Numbered from the stretch's first letter, positions 49,119 to 59,882 are shown. The stretch is DNA of 64,000 bases from Clostridiales bacterium (GCA_012840355.1 DULN01000002.1:19037-83036); one strand, 5' to 3'. Numbers and translations are program-made. Notes: generated by a model from the letters alone, not told the origin.

Positions 49119-51398
49119 GTGAAACACAGGGTTATGTCGATCACTAAAATGAAGTTTGTCAGCATATCGGGCACCGCGAGCACGCTTGACGCGGTGACGA
49201 TGCGCTGCCTGCTTTCCGGCAGCTTTCAGCCTGAAACGGCGATTGGATCGCTTTCGGGCAGGTACTATAGGATAAACGAGGACAATCCATATGCGGCATA
49301 CCTCTCGCGAATTACCGAAGCCGTAAAATCTTCGGGGCGCGAGCCGGTATACGAAACTATGCTGGCACAGGGCACACGCCCTGGGAAAGGAAAACAGAAG
49401 CCCAGCTATTCCAAAGCGGGGCAAAAAAACAACGCACACTATGCTGCGGGGGACCTCGGGCCGTTTGAAGAAGGGGAGATCGGCAGCCTTGTCGATAAGC
49501 TGCCCTCTTCGGAAGATGTTTTGCATTCTTTCGGCTGGCAGCCGGAAGAAGGCGCCGGCTCCTTGCAGCCTGTTGAGCTTGACAAGCTAAGATATTTTGA
49601 AGCGCTGGACATCGAGACCGAAAAGCTCTGGCGGGCAAAATTTACGGGTATGCAGGTAACCGAGGCGCCAGCCGAGAAGCCTTCAGGCGAGGGGCAGCCC
49701 GCGGCCGACCCGTTGCTTCAAAAATACGACCGCTGCATAAAAAAGGTTGAAAAGCTCATTACGGCTCTGCGCGAGGAGCAGGCTAAGCTGCAGGCTGAGC
49801 TTGACAGGTGCAAAGATTCAATCGAGCAGCTGCGCCATTTTGAGTCGCTCGACGTGGACGTCAGCGCGCTTTGGTCGGCAAAATTTTTAAAGTTGCGGTT
49901 CGGGCGCATGCCGATAGCGAGCGCAAACGAGGTAGACGCATATAACAAAAACCCGTACGTAGAGTTTTTCCGCTGCTCGGAGGAGGGCGGATACGCTTGG
50001 GGAATGTATGTTGCGCCGGCTTCGGAAATCGACGAGGTCGACCGCATATTTGCGGCGTTGTTCTTCGAGCGGCTGCGAATACCGGACATTACAGGCAGCC
50101 CGAAGGACGCCATTAAGCGGCTACGCGAAGAGTATGAAGCTACCAAAGCAAAAGCCGACGAGCTCAATAAGAAGCTGAAGCTCTTTTGGGATGCCGAGTA
50201 TGAAAGCTGCATGAGCGTGTGCGCGAAACTTCACATGCTAGCGGAAGCTTTCAACTTGCGGCGCGCTGCGGCCCGCGCGAAAGACGGCTATTTGCTTTTC
50301 GGCTGGGTTCCCGAGAAAGAGGCGCAAAGCCTATCGGACAGCCTGCACGAGCTGCGCGGCGTGGAGGTCAAGCTCGGCAACCCCGGGCAGGTGGAGCGGT
50401 TTACGCCTCCCACGAAGCTAAAAAACTCGTGGTTTGCAAGGCCATATGAGTTTTTAGTCTCGATGTTCGGCATGCCGCGCTATGACGAGATCGACCCGAC
50501 GCCGCTTGTGGCGATAACATATACGCTGTTTTTCGGCATAATGTTCGCCGACCTTGGGCAAGGGCTGGTTTTGGCACTTGTGGGCTATATAATGGGTAAG
50601 TACATGAAAAACCGGCTCGGCCCGATACTGGTCAGGTGCGGCATATCGGGCGCGCTGTTCGGGCTTTTGGTAGGATCGGTGTTCGGATACGAGCACCTGC
50701 TCGACGGGCTTTACCGTAAGCTCGGCTTTGACGGCAAGCCGATAGAAGTAATGGAAAGCGGCAGCATCATGCTAATACTCGGCTCGGCAATCGGGCTTGG
50801 CGTTGTGCTCCTTATTGTAGCAATGGCCCTAAATATATATATTTTGATGCGTAAAGCCGAGTACGGCCCGGCGCTGTTTAGTACAAACGGCCTTGCGGGG
50901 TTGGTGCTGTATCTTGGGCTGATCCTTTTGGTGCTGGGGCTTGTTATCGATATTCCCGTCCCGACGCCAGTGATTATGTGGGCAATGATAATATTGCCTG
51001 CGGTGCTAATATGGCTTGGCGAGCCGCTCGGACGGCTGGTTGAGAGGCGGCGTGACTGGATGCCCGAAAAGTGGGGGGAATTCCTCCTGCAGGGCATATT
51101 TGAAATGTTCGAGTCCATACTCAGTTATATGACGAACACCGTGTCGTTCGTGCGGGTCGGAGCGTTCGTGCTGGTACACGCTGGCATGATGATGGTGTTT
51201 ACCACTATTGCCGAAATGGTAGGCGGCGGCTTCGCCGGCGCGGTGGTTATGATATTTGGGAACTTGCTCGTGATTGCGCTTGAAGGGCTGCTCGTGGGCG
51301 TGCAAAGCATGCGCCTTGAGTATTACGAGCTGTTTTCTAGGTTTTACTCGGGCTCTGGCAGGGAGTTTAAGCCGGCTGGCAGTGCCGATAAAGATTGA
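49119..51398 (+). CDS. ntpI: V-type ATP synthase subunit I (a), enlarged N-terminal domain
   Basis: 759 aa with a cytosolic N-terminal domain, then a polytopic C-terminal domain carrying the conserved SYMTNTVSFVRVGAFVLVHA (essential Arg) block. An alternative start at ATG 49134 is possible. Confidence 0.9.
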   Translation: MKHRVMSITKMKFVSISGTASTLDAVTMRCLLSGSFQPETAIGSLSGRYYRINEDNPYAAYLSRITEAVKSSGREPVYETMLAQGTRPGKGKQKPSYSKAGQKNNAHYAAGDLGPFEEGEIGSLVDKLPSSEDVLHSFGWQPEEGAGSLQPVELDKLRYFEALDIETEKLWRAKFTGMQVTEAPAEKPSGEGQPAADPLLQKYDRCIKKVEKLITALREEQAKLQAELDRCKDSIEQLRHFESLDVDVSALWSAKFLKLRFGRMPIASANEVDAYNKNPYVEFFRCSEEGGYAWGMYVAPASEIDEVDRIFAALFFERLRIPDITGSPKDAIKRLREEYEATKAKADELNKKLKLFWDAEYESCMSVCAKLHMLAEAFNLRRAAARAKDGYLLFGWVPEKEAQSLSDSLHELRGVEVKLGNPGQVERFTPPTKLKNSWFARPYEFLVSMFGMPRYDEIDPTPLVAITYTLFFGIMFADLGQGLVLALVGYIMGKYMKNRLGPILVRCGISGALFGLLVGSVFGYEHLLDGLYRKLGFDGKPIEVMESGSIMLILGSAIGLGVVLLIVAMALNIYILMRKAEYGPALFSTNGLAGLVLYLGLILLVLGLVIDIPVPTPVIMWAMIILPAVLIWLGEPLGRLVERRRDWMPEKWGEFLLQGIFEMFESILSYMTNTVSFVRVGAFVLVHAGMMMVFTTIAEMVGGGFAGAVVMIFGNLLVIALEGLLVGVQSMRLEYYELFSRFYSGSGREFKPAGSADKD

Positions 51399-51430
51399 TT
51401 TTATTACCCGGAACTCTGGAGGAACCTTTT

Positions 51431-51886
51431 ATGCTTACTGCAACCGATTTTGCGCTGATTTTTGTTCCGCCCGTGGCGATTTTTGCCGCGATATATGCGG
51501 CGCTATATGCTATAAAACGCGGGGTTCGGCCGCCGCGCGCTATAGCCCGGCATCTGGCGGTGCTGTTGGTGACGTTTACCGCGCTTGTAACGCTCACGCT
51601 CGTTGCATCGGCGCAGGCTGAAGAAGCCGCCGAGTCGCCGGCTGATGAAGCCGCAGCCGACACTGAATCCGGCTCGAAAGGCATAGGGCTGCTTTCGGCA
51701 GGGCTTTCGACGGGCCTTGCCGGCATAGGCGGCGGCATCGCTCTTGCCGGCGGTATCCCCGCGGCGGTCGGAGCTACGGCTGAGGACCCGAAAAATTTCT
51801 CGAAGGCGCTGATTTTCGTCGCGCTCGGCGAAACTATAGCGCTATACGGCATCGTCATCTCGGTCATGATAATGAGCCGAATCTGA
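51431..51886 (+). CDS. ntpK: V-type ATP synthase proteolipid subunit K (c) with atypical N-terminal two-TM extension
   Basis: C-terminal hairpin with a Gly-rich helix (GLAGIGGGIALAGG) and the ion-binding Glu (ALGETIALYG). SD GGAGGA lies 7 nt upstream of ATG 51431. ORF-track start is 51395. Confidence 0.85.
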   Translation: MLTATDFALIFVPPVAIFAAIYAALYAIKRGVRPPRAIARHLAVLLVTFTALVTLTLVASAQAEEAAESPADEAAADTESGSKGIGLLSAGLSTGLAGIGGGIALAGGIPAAVGATAEDPKNFSKALIFVALGETIALYGIVISVMIMSRI

Positions 51887-51901
51887 AAGCGGGCGAATAA
51901 A

Positions 51902-52216
51902 GTGCGTTTTTACCTTATATCCGATAACCACGACACCGCGGTCGGCATGAGGCTGTGCGGCGTCGAAGGCACGGTTTTGCACGATGCCGATAGCGTAAAG
52001 GCGAAGCTCGCCGAGCTTTTAGCAGACGAGAATATCGGAATTATACTCGTGACCGAAAAGCTTGCGGCAATGATACCGGATTATATCAGCGAGCTGCGGC
52101 TTTCGGTGCAAAAGCCGCTTATTGTAGAGATACCCGACCGGCACGGCGGCAGGGGTGCCGGCGCCGTCTTGTCGAAATATCTTGCCGATGCGGTCGGGAT
52201 AAAAATTGAAGGTTAA
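51902..52216 (+). CDS. V-type ATP synthase subunit F
   Basis: 104 aa. GTG start. F-subunit-like (DTAVGMRLCGV, GIILVTE). Confidence 0.85.
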   Translation: MRFYLISDNHDTAVGMRLCGVEGTVLHDADSVKAKLAELLADENIGIILVTEKLAAMIPDYISELRLSVQKPLIVEIPDRHGGRGAGAVLSKYLADAVGIKIEG

Positions 52217-52240
52217 CCGGTTGATTAGAGGTTTTGCCGG

Positions 52241-52849
52241 ATGACATACGAAGAAAAAAAGTCTCGTTTCATCGCCGCGATACGCGCCGTGGCGATGAAA
52301 GAGAGCGAAGAGATAATTAGCGCCGTGCAGGCTTATATAGAAACCGAGCTTGCTAAAGCCGAAGAAGAGCTCCGGCGCGAGACGGAGGCGGAGGTGCGCT
52401 CAAAGATAAGCAAAATCCGCCGGCAGACAGGCGCGCAGATTTCCGCCGCGCAAAGGGATGCTGAAGACGAGCTTTACAGATGTCGCGCCGAGATAGAGGA
52501 AGCTGTATTTGAAGGCGTAAAAAAGAAAATTTTAGCCTTCAGGCAAACTAAAGAATACGACGGCTACCTTGCGCAGGGCGCGGAGTTTTTAAATAAGTAT
52601 TTCGGCTCGGATGATGAGGTTAAGCTTTTTTATGCACCGGGGGACGAGGGCAAGCTCGAGATGCTCAAATCGATTATAAAGGCAAGCGTCGAGGCGCTGC
52701 CGGACGAAAAAATAAGCCTTGGGGGCTTTCGGGCCGAGTGCAGGGCGAAAAGGCTTGCTATCGACGACACGCTAGATACGGCGCTAGAGCAGCAGCGCGA
52801 ACGCTTCAGGTCAATCCCAGAGCTGCGGCTAGGCGAGTCTGTAAATTAA
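52241..52849 (+). CDS. ntpE: V-type ATP synthase subunit E
   Basis: 202 aa with a long N-terminal charged helix and a globular C-terminus. Canonical position. Confidence 0.8.
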   Translation: MTYEEKKSRFIAAIRAVAMKESEEIISAVQAYIETELAKAEEELRRETEAEVRSKISKIRRQTGAQISAAQRDAEDELYRCRAEIEEAVFEGVKKKILAFRQTKEYDGYLAQGAEFLNKYFGSDDEVKLFYAPGDEGKLEMLKSIIKASVEALPDEKISLGGFRAECRAKRLAIDDTLDTALEQQRERFRSIPELRLGESVN

Positions 52850-52886
52850 AAATTTTATGCGCGTAAGTTATCGAAGTGATGCAAAG

Positions 52887-54653
52887 ATGAGTAGTACTGC
52901 GAAAATTTACGGCATTAACGGGCCGGTTGTCACGCTTGACGGCGCCGCCGGCTTTTCAATGCAAGAGATGGTCTTCGTCGGCAAGCTGGGGCTTGTCGGC
53001 GAGGTTATAAGCATAGGGGCGGGGCGCGCTACAATCCAGGTGTATGAGTCCACTACCTCGCTGCGCCCTGGCGAGGAAGTCGTCGGCTCGGGCATGCCGA
53101 TTTCGGTAACGCTTGGGCCGGGCATAATAGGCACGATTTTCGACGGCATCCAGCGCCCGCTTAAAAAAATCGAGGAGCGCGACGGCCATTTTATCAGCCG
53201 CGGGGGCAACTATGAGCCGCTTGACGCCGAGCGGCTTTGGGAAGTCAAAGTCAAAGCCAAGTGCGGGGCTATCATAAAGCCGGGCGACATTTACGCTACC
53301 TGCGAGGAGACCCCCTCGATAGAGCACCGCTGCCTTGTGCCCCCGGGAATAGAGGGCGAAGTCGTATATGTAGCGCCTGACGGCAAGTATAGGGTAAACG
53401 ACACGGTAATAAAGCTGCGCACGCCGGAGGGCGAAACCCGGGAGCTTTCGCTGTGCCATAAGTGGCCGATTAGGGTGCCGCGCCCCATAAGGGAGAAACT
53501 TGAGCTTTCCGAGCCGTTGGTTACGGGGCAAAGGGTGCTGGATTCCATATTCCCGCTGGCGAAGGGCGGAACGGCTGCGCTGCCCGGCGGGTTTGGCGCG
53601 GGCAAGACAATGGTGCAGCACCAGATAGCCAAATGGTGCGACGCCGATATAATCATATATGTCGGCTGCGGCGAGCGCGGCAACGAGATGACGCAGGTGC
53701 TTGAGGAGTTTAGCGAGCTTGTTGACCCGCGCACCGGACATAAGCTCACCGACCGAACAGTGCTAATCGCCAACACCTCTAACATGCCGGTGGCGGCGCG
53801 CGAGGCATCGATTTATACCGGCATAACGATAGCCGAGTATTACCGCGACATGGGCTATCATGTGGCGATGATGGCAGACTCGACCTCGCGCTGGGCAGAG
53901 GCGCTGCGCGAGGTATCGGGCAGGCTTGAGGAGATGCCGGCAGAAGAGGGCTTCCCGGCATATTTGCCCTCCCGGCTCGCCGCGTTTTACGAGCGCGCGG
54001 GCAGGGTGATGACGCTGGGCGGCGATGTCGGCTCGGTAACGGTAATCGGCGCGGTGTCGCCGACCGGCGCTGATTTTTCGGAGCCTGTGACGCAGGCGAC
54101 AAAACGCTTTACCCGCTGCTTTTGGGCGCTCGACAAATCACTCGCCTATTCGCGCCACTATCCCGCCGTAAACTGGACGCAAAGCTACAGCGAGTATATA
54201 GGCGAGCTTACCGAGTGGTATGACACCAACGTCGCGCCTCAGTTTTCGGAATTCCGCGCGCGCATACTCCGGCTGCTTGCCGAGGAGACCTCGCTGATGG
54301 AGATTGTAAAGCTCATCGGATCGGACGTTTTGCCCGACGACCAAAAGCTTATTATCGAGATCGCGCGCGTGATAAGGATAGGGCTTTTGCAGCAGGACGC
54401 TTATAACCCGAAAGACACCTACTCGCCGATAAAAAAGCAGTTTTTGATGATGAAGACGATACTGCATCTTTACGACCGCGCCAAATCGCTGGTTGAGAAG
54501 GCAGTCCCGATATCGCGTCTGCTCGCGACGGGCATTTTCGAGAAGCTTGAAAAGATGAAATACGAGATCCCGAGCGACAGGCTCGAGCTGTTTGACGAGT
54601 ATATAAAGGAAATCGACGCAGCGACGAGTACCGGGGAGGAAACGGCAAAGTGA
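52887..54653 (+). CDS. ntpA: V-type ATP synthase catalytic subunit A
   Basis: Walker [10 protein letters not shown] and the non-homologous-region insert typical of A subunits. I trimmed the start to [15 protein letters not shown] (ORF-track start 52857). Confidence 0.96.
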   Translation: MSSTAKIYGINGPVVTLDGAAGFSMQEMVFVGKLGLVGEVISIGAGRATIQVYESTTSLRPGEEVVGSGMPISVTLGPGIIGTIFDGIQRPLKKIEERDGHFISRGGNYEPLDAERLWEVKVKAKCGAIIKPGDIYATCEETPSIEHRCLVPPGIEGEVVYVAPDGKYRVNDTVIKLRTPEGETRELSLCHKWPIRVPRPIREKLELSEPLVTGQRVLDSIFPLAKGGTAALPGGFGAGKTMVQHQIAKWCDADIIIYVGCGERGNEMTQVLEEFSELVDPRTGHKLTDRTVLIANTSNMPVAAREASIYTGITIAEYYRDMGYHVAMMADSTSRWAEALREVSGRLEEMPAEEGFPAYLPSRLAAFYERAGRVMTLGGDVGSVTVIGAVSPTGADFSEPVTQATKRFTRCFWALDKSLAYSRHYPAVNWTQSYSEYIGELTEWYDTNVAPQFSEFRARILRLLAEETSLMEIVKLIGSDVLPDDQKLIIEIARVIRIGLLQQDAYNPKDTYSPIKKQFLMMKTILHLYDRAKSLVEKAVPISRLLATGIFEKLEKMKYEIPSDRLELFDEYIKEIDAATSTGEETAK

Positions 54654-56032
54654 TTATAGAGCATTTAGGGCTGCGAGAAATAAACGGCTCGCTTATAGTG
54701 CTCGACGGAGTGCCGGGCGCCTCCTTTGAGGAGCTTGTAAAAATCCGGCTCGTGAGCGGTGAAGAGCGCATGGGCAGGGTGGTGCGCATCGACGGCGACC
54801 GCGTGGTCATCCAGGTATTCGAGGGCACGCAGGACATGTCTCTCGAAAACACGCGCACCATATTTACCGCGCGGCCGATGGAGCTTCCGCTCGCGCCTGA
54901 GATACTAGGCCGCATTTTTGACGGCGTTGGCCGGCCGATCGACGGCAAGGGGGAAATTTACTGTGCCGAGCGGCGCGATATAAACGGCTTGCCGATAAAC
55001 CCGGTTTCGCGCGAGTACCCGCGCAGCTGCATTGTCACGGGCATCTCATCAATCGACGTGCTCACAACGCTTATCCGCGGGCAAAAGCTACCGATATTCT
55101 CTGGCTCGGGCATGAGGCACAACGAGCTTGCGGCGCAGATTGTACGTCAGGCGAATATAGCGACAACCGATGAGGAAGAGGACAGCTTCGCGATTGTGTT
55201 TGCCGCGATTGGTGTTAAAAACGACGTCGCCGCATTTTTCCGCCGCTCGTTTGAAGATTCGGGGGTTATGGACCGTGTCGTGATGTACCTCAACCTAATC
55301 AGCGACCCGGTGATAGAGCGCATTATAACCCCTCGCTGCGCGCTGACCGCCGCTGAGTACCTCGCTTTCACGCTTGGCATGCACATCCTCGTCGTGATGA
55401 CCGACATGACCTCGTATGCCGAAGCCTGCCGCGAGTTCAGCTCCTCGAAAGGGGAGATTCCCGGCAGGAAAGGCTACCCGGGCTATATGTACTCGGACCT
55501 GGCGACGCTTTACGAGCGAGCCGGCATGCTGCGCGGTAAAAAAGGCTCGGTAACGCAGCTGCCAATCCTTACGATGCCGAACGACGACATTACGCATCCA
55601 GTCCCGGACCTGACGGGTTATATAACCGAGGGGCAAATAGTGCTCGACCGCGCGCTTGAAAGCAGGGGCATTTACCCGCCGGTCGGAATACTCGCCTCAC
55701 TTTCAAGGCTTATGAAGGACGGCATCGGCGAAGGTTACACGCGCACCGACCATGCCCCGCTCGCAAATCAGCTTTTCGCCTCGTACTCTAGGGTGCAGGA
55801 AGCGCGCTCGCTCGCCGCGGTTATCGGCGAGGATGAGCTATCTGAAATCGACAAGCTATACATTAAATTTGGCGATGCGTTTGAGTCCAGTTTCCTGGCG
55901 CAAGGCGAGTACGAGTTCCGCACGATGGAAGAGTCTCTGAACTTGGGATGGAAGATTTTGTCGATATTGCCGCGTTCGGAGCTCGACCGGATCGACGACA
56001 AGCTGCTTGACGATTATTACGGCAGATTTTAA
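54650..56032 (+). CDS. ntpB: V-type ATP synthase subunit B
   Basis: 460 aa. GTG start overlapping the ntpA stop. B-subunit sequence ([32 protein letters not shown]). Confidence 0.96.
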   Translation: MIIEHLGLREINGSLIVLDGVPGASFEELVKIRLVSGEERMGRVVRIDGDRVVIQVFEGTQDMSLENTRTIFTARPMELPLAPEILGRIFDGVGRPIDGKGEIYCAERRDINGLPINPVSREYPRSCIVTGISSIDVLTTLIRGQKLPIFSGSGMRHNELAAQIVRQANIATTDEEEDSFAIVFAAIGVKNDVAAFFRRSFEDSGVMDRVVMYLNLISDPVIERIITPRCALTAAEYLAFTLGMHILVVMTDMTSYAEACREFSSSKGEIPGRKGYPGYMYSDLATLYERAGMLRGKKGSVTQLPILTMPNDDITHPVPDLTGYITEGQIVLDRALESRGIYPPVGILASLSRLMKDGIGEGYTRTDHAPLANQLFASYSRVQEARSLAAVIGEDELSEIDKLYIKFGDAFESSFLAQGEYEFRTMEESLNLGWKILSILPRSELDRIDDKLLDDYYGRF

Positions 56033-56044
56033 GGGCGGCGAATT

Positions 56045-56665
56045 ATGGCGAATGTAAATCCCACAAAAAACGAGCTTTTGCGCGCGAGAAGGTCGCTTGC
56101 GCTGGCACAGAAAGGGTTCGAGCTGCTCGACCGCAAGCGCAACATCCTCACGCACGAGATAATGGCGATGCTCGACGACATTAAGGCGATACAAAACCAA
56201 ATAACTGACACTTACGCCGCGGCGTATAGGGCGCTTCAGAACGCGAACCTGACGCTCGGCATCTGCGATATAATCGCCGAGTCGGTTCCAATCGAAATGG
56301 GACTAGAGCTCGACTGGCGATCGGTTATGGGAGTCGAGCTGCCGACGGCAGAGCTAAATTCCCCGCCCGCGCGCAACACATACGGCTACTATGGCACTAA
56401 TTACTACCTTGACGAGGCTTTCCTCAAATTTAACGAGGTGAAAAAGCTGACCGTCAAGCTTGCCGTAATAGAGGACAGCGTCGTGCGGCTCGCGGTCGCG
56501 ATAAAAAAGACGCAAACGCGCGCGAACGCCCTCAAAAACAACGTAATCCCTCGGCTGCTTGAAAATATCCGGTTTATAACCGATCAGCTTGAAGAAAGGG
56601 AGCGCGAGGAGTTCTCGCGCATGAAAGTAGTAAAATCGCAGGGCGCGGACGACAAAACGAAATAG
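56045..56665 (+). CDS. ntpD: V-type ATP synthase subunit D
   Basis: 206 aa starting MANVNPTKNELLRARRSLALAQKG. Confidence 0.93.
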   Translation: MANVNPTKNELLRARRSLALAQKGFELLDRKRNILTHEIMAMLDDIKAIQNQITDTYAAAYRALQNANLTLGICDIIAESVPIEMGLELDWRSVMGVELPTAELNSPPARNTYGYYGTNYYLDEAFLKFNEVKKLTVKLAVIEDSVVRLAVAIKKTQTRANALKNNVIPRLLENIRFITDQLEEREREEFSRMKVVKSQGADDKTK

Positions 56666-56676
56666 ATAGGGTATAC

Positions 56677-56711
56677 CGGCTGAAAGTTTTGGCTTTCAGC
56701 CGGAGTTTTTT
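56677..56711 (+). terminator. V-ATPase operon terminator
   Basis: Perfect 11-bp stem CCGGCTGAAAG (56677-56687) / CTTTCAGCCGG (56693-56703) followed by AGTTTTTT. Confidence 0.88.
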
Positions 56712-56828
56712 ATAAAGAATGAATCGGAAAATCAACACAAATAAGGATATGATATTTACAATTTTCTAAAATAAAGCTAAAATAGTATGCGGTGCATTAT
56801 ATTAAATTTTTAAAAGGATGGGAATGCC

Positions 56829-58769
56829 ATGCATCCGCTGAGATACAGACAAATCCATCTCGATTTTCACACCTCGCCGGCGATTGACGGGGTCGGCGCG
56901 GATTTTGACCCCGAGAATTTTCGCGAGGCGCTGGTTTTGGGGCATGTCGACTCAATAACGCTGTTTTCAAAATGCCACCATGGATACGCGTACCATCCCA
57001 CAAAGGCAAACGTCCAGCACCCCGGGCTACATGGGTTTAACCTGCTTGGTGAGCAGCTGAAGGTTTGCCGTGAACTTGGCGTCAACGCGCCGATTTACAT
57101 ATCTGCGGGATTCGACGAAAAGCTTGTTATGGAGCATCCCGAATGGCTCAACAAGCCTTCGCCGAACCATGCCCCGGACTTTATCCACGACTCGTATTAT
57201 CACCTTTTTTGCTTCAATACGCCATACCTTGACATTCTCGCCGCGCAGGTCGAGGAAGTCATGCAAATGTTTAAACCCACCGGCATATTCCTCGATATTT
57301 GCGACGTGCGAACCTGCTATTGCCACTGGTGCATAAAGAGCATGAAAAAGCTCGGGCTTGACCCGAACAACCCCGACGAGGTGCGCCGCCATGGCGAGAT
57401 GGTGTATGACGAGTTCTGCCGCCGCATGATAGAGGCGGTGCGCAAATACGACCCCGATACCAACATCTTTTTCAACTGCGGCACGATAAGGCGCGGGCGC
57501 CGCGACCTCGCGTTGCGCAACACGCATTATGAGCTTGAAAGCCTGCCGACCGGCGGCTGGGGCTATGACCATTTCCCGATGTCGGCGGCTTATGCGCGGA
57601 CGCTTGGAATGGACTACCTCGGACAGACGGGCAAATTCCACACCAGCTGGGGAGAGTTTGGCGGGTTTAAGCATCCGAACGCGCTCCGCTATGAGGCGGC
57701 GCTGGCGCTTGCATTCGGCGCGAAATGCTCGGTAGGCGACCAGCTGCACTCGCGCGGGAGGATGAACATTTCGACATATAAGCTGATAGGCAACGCCTAC
57801 TCGTATGTCGAAAAAGTCGAAGGCTACTACAAAGGCGCAAAGCCGGTAGCGGACATAGCTATTTTGTCGGGTGTGTCCGGCAGCGTGTCAGACTCGGATA
57901 CAGGCGCACACCGGATTTTGCTTGAAAGCAAATACCTTTTCGACATAGTCGACGGCGAGGCGGATTTTAGCGGATACAGGCTCCTTGTGCTTCCCGACAG
58001 CGTCATGCCCACAGCCGAGCTTGAGGCTAAGCTGCGATCTTATCTTGCGTCGGGCGGCAAGATACTTGCCACCGGCGATGCCTGCACCGGAGGCGACGGC
58101 TTTATTTTCGACTTCGGCGCAAAATTTGAGGGGAAAAACGACTACTCGCCGACATATATGCGCCCGTGCTCGGACGAGGGCTTTATAAACGGTGTCACCG
58201 AGTATGTAATGTATGGCCCGGCGTATAATATAACTGTAACTGGCGGTAAAGCCATCGCCGAGCTTATTGAGCCATACTTTAACCGCACGCCGGAGCATTT
58301 TTGCTCGCACCAGCATGCGCCAAACCGTCCCAACGGGGCAAGGGTAGGCGCCGTGGTGACTGAAAACACCGGCTACATAGCTTGGAAGGTGTTCGCCGAC
58401 TACGCAACCAAAGGCGAGCTTCATGCAAAAGAGCTTGTGCTGCGCGTGCTGCGGGAGCTGTTCCCCGACTCCGAGCGCACGGTAAGGGCAAGCCTCCCCG
58501 ACCGCGGTATTGTGACGCTCTACAGGCAGGGAAGCCGCGACGTGCTAAACGCCCTCTTTGCCTACACTTCGGTGCGCGGAAAAGGCACGGAAGTGATAGA
58601 GGGCGCCGTGCCGATATATGACGTCGAGTTTGAGGTAAAGCGCAATGCGGCACCGGCACGCGTTTATACCGCTCCCGAAGGGAAGGAGCTTAAGTTTGAG
58701 TACTCAGGCGGCGTGGTTAAATTCACGTTACCGAAGCTGCTTATATCGCAGATTGTGATAATAGAATAA
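56829..58769 (+). CDS. putative glycoside hydrolase (GHL6-like N-terminal TIM barrel + beta-galactosidase-trimerisation-like domain)
   Basis: 646 aa. The N-terminus RQIHLDFHTSP...SITLFSKCHHGYAYHPT matches the family as I remember it (GHL6 / alpha-amylase-like). No signal peptide. Confidence 0.65.
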   Translation: MHPLRYRQIHLDFHTSPAIDGVGADFDPENFREALVLGHVDSITLFSKCHHGYAYHPTKANVQHPGLHGFNLLGEQLKVCRELGVNAPIYISAGFDEKLVMEHPEWLNKPSPNHAPDFIHDSYYHLFCFNTPYLDILAAQVEEVMQMFKPTGIFLDICDVRTCYCHWCIKSMKKLGLDPNNPDEVRRHGEMVYDEFCRRMIEAVRKYDPDTNIFFNCGTIRRGRRDLALRNTHYELESLPTGGWGYDHFPMSAAYARTLGMDYLGQTGKFHTSWGEFGGFKHPNALRYEAALALAFGAKCSVGDQLHSRGRMNISTYKLIGNAYSYVEKVEGYYKGAKPVADIAILSGVSGSVSDSDTGAHRILLESKYLFDIVDGEADFSGYRLLVLPDSVMPTAELEAKLRSYLASGGKILATGDACTGGDGFIFDFGAKFEGKNDYSPTYMRPCSDEGFINGVTEYVMYGPAYNITVTGGKAIAELIEPYFNRTPEHFCSHQHAPNRPNGARVGAVVTENTGYIAWKVFADYATKGELHAKELVLRVLRELFPDSERTVRASLPDRGIVTLYRQGSRDVLNALFAYTSVRGKGTEVIEGAVPIYDVEFEVKRNAAPARVYTAPEGKELKFEYSGGVVKFTLPKLLISQIVIIE

Positions 58770-58787
58770 AAACAGGCAGGAACGAAA

Positions 58788-59882
58788 ATGAAAAACCTTG
58801 AAAAAGAAATAAGGTCGCAGCCGCAAGTATTGCGCGGGCTGCGCGGGCTAAACGATGAAACGATAAATAAAATACTAGACAGGGTGGAAAAGGACAAGCC
58901 CGCGTTCGTGTATTTCGCGGCGCGTGGGACATCGGATCATGCGTGCACATACGCACAGTACCTGTTCGGCATATACCTGGGCATGCCATGCGCGCTTGCC
59001 ACCCCGTCGGTTGTTTCGCGCTATGGCGCCGAGCTCGACCTGTCGCGCGCGCTTGTGATTGGCGTGTCGCAGTCGGGTAAAGCCGAAGACGTTATTTCGG
59101 TAATCGAGCGGGGCAAAAAATGCGGCGCGGCGACCGTGGCGCTTACAAACGACACTTCCTCGCCGCTCGCAAAAGCCGCGGATTATGTCCTCGATTGTGG
59201 AGCGGGCCCCGAGCTGTCGATTGCGGCGACAAAGACATTCACGGCGCAGATGTATGTGCTCGCCACGCTCTGCGCGAGGTGGGCGCAAAGGCTTGGGAAA
59301 GTGCCGCCCGAGTCAACGGGGCTTTCCTCGGCAGATGAGCTGCTGGCGGCGCTAGACAAGCTGCCCGACGCAATTGAGAGGCTGCTTGAGACGGTGCCCC
59401 CGCAAATTGATTCGATTATACTGCGCTACCGCTACCTTGAAAACGCGTTTGTCCTTGCTCGGGGGATAAACTATCCGATAGCGCTTGAAGGTTCGCTGAA
59501 AATCCTCGAAACCAACCGCATAAAGGTGAGGGGCTACTCGATTGCCGACTTCTACCATGGGCCGCTCGCGCAAATCGGCGCGGGAACGCTCGTGATAGTG
59601 CTAGCCGCGCGCGGAAAGCTTCTCGGAGACGCTTCGGACATAATGCTTAGAATAGAAAGCCTTGAGCCGACCGGCTGCGACATCATTGCCATCACAGACG
59701 ACGAGGGCATAGCCGACAAGTGGAAACTCTCGATAAAGATACCAAGCTCGCCGGGGCTTGATTCGATTTCCCCGTTCCTCTTTGCGGTAACGCTTCAGCT
59801 TTTTGCTCTAAAGCTCACCGATATAAAAGAGATTGACCCCGACGAGTCGAAAGCGCTGAAAAAGGTGACGATAACAAAATAA
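58788..59882 (+). CDS. double-SIS-domain sugar-phosphate isomerase/deglycase (GlmS-C/AgaS/FrlB-like)
   Basis: 364 aa with two SIS repeats (FAARGTSDHA..., VIGVSQSGKAEDV, second repeat ARGINYPIALEGSLKILE). Confidence 0.78.
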   Translation: MKNLEKEIRSQPQVLRGLRGLNDETINKILDRVEKDKPAFVYFAARGTSDHACTYAQYLFGIYLGMPCALATPSVVSRYGAELDLSRALVIGVSQSGKAEDVISVIERGKKCGAATVALTNDTSSPLAKAADYVLDCGAGPELSIAATKTFTAQMYVLATLCARWAQRLGKVPPESTGLSSADELLAALDKLPDAIERLLETVPPQIDSIILRYRYLENAFVLARGINYPIALEGSLKILETNRIKVRGYSIADFYHGPLAQIGAGTLVIVLAARGKLLGDASDIMLRIESLEPTGCDIIAITDDEGIADKWKLSIKIPSSPGLDSISPFLFAVTLQLFALKLTDIKEIDPDESKALKKVTITK

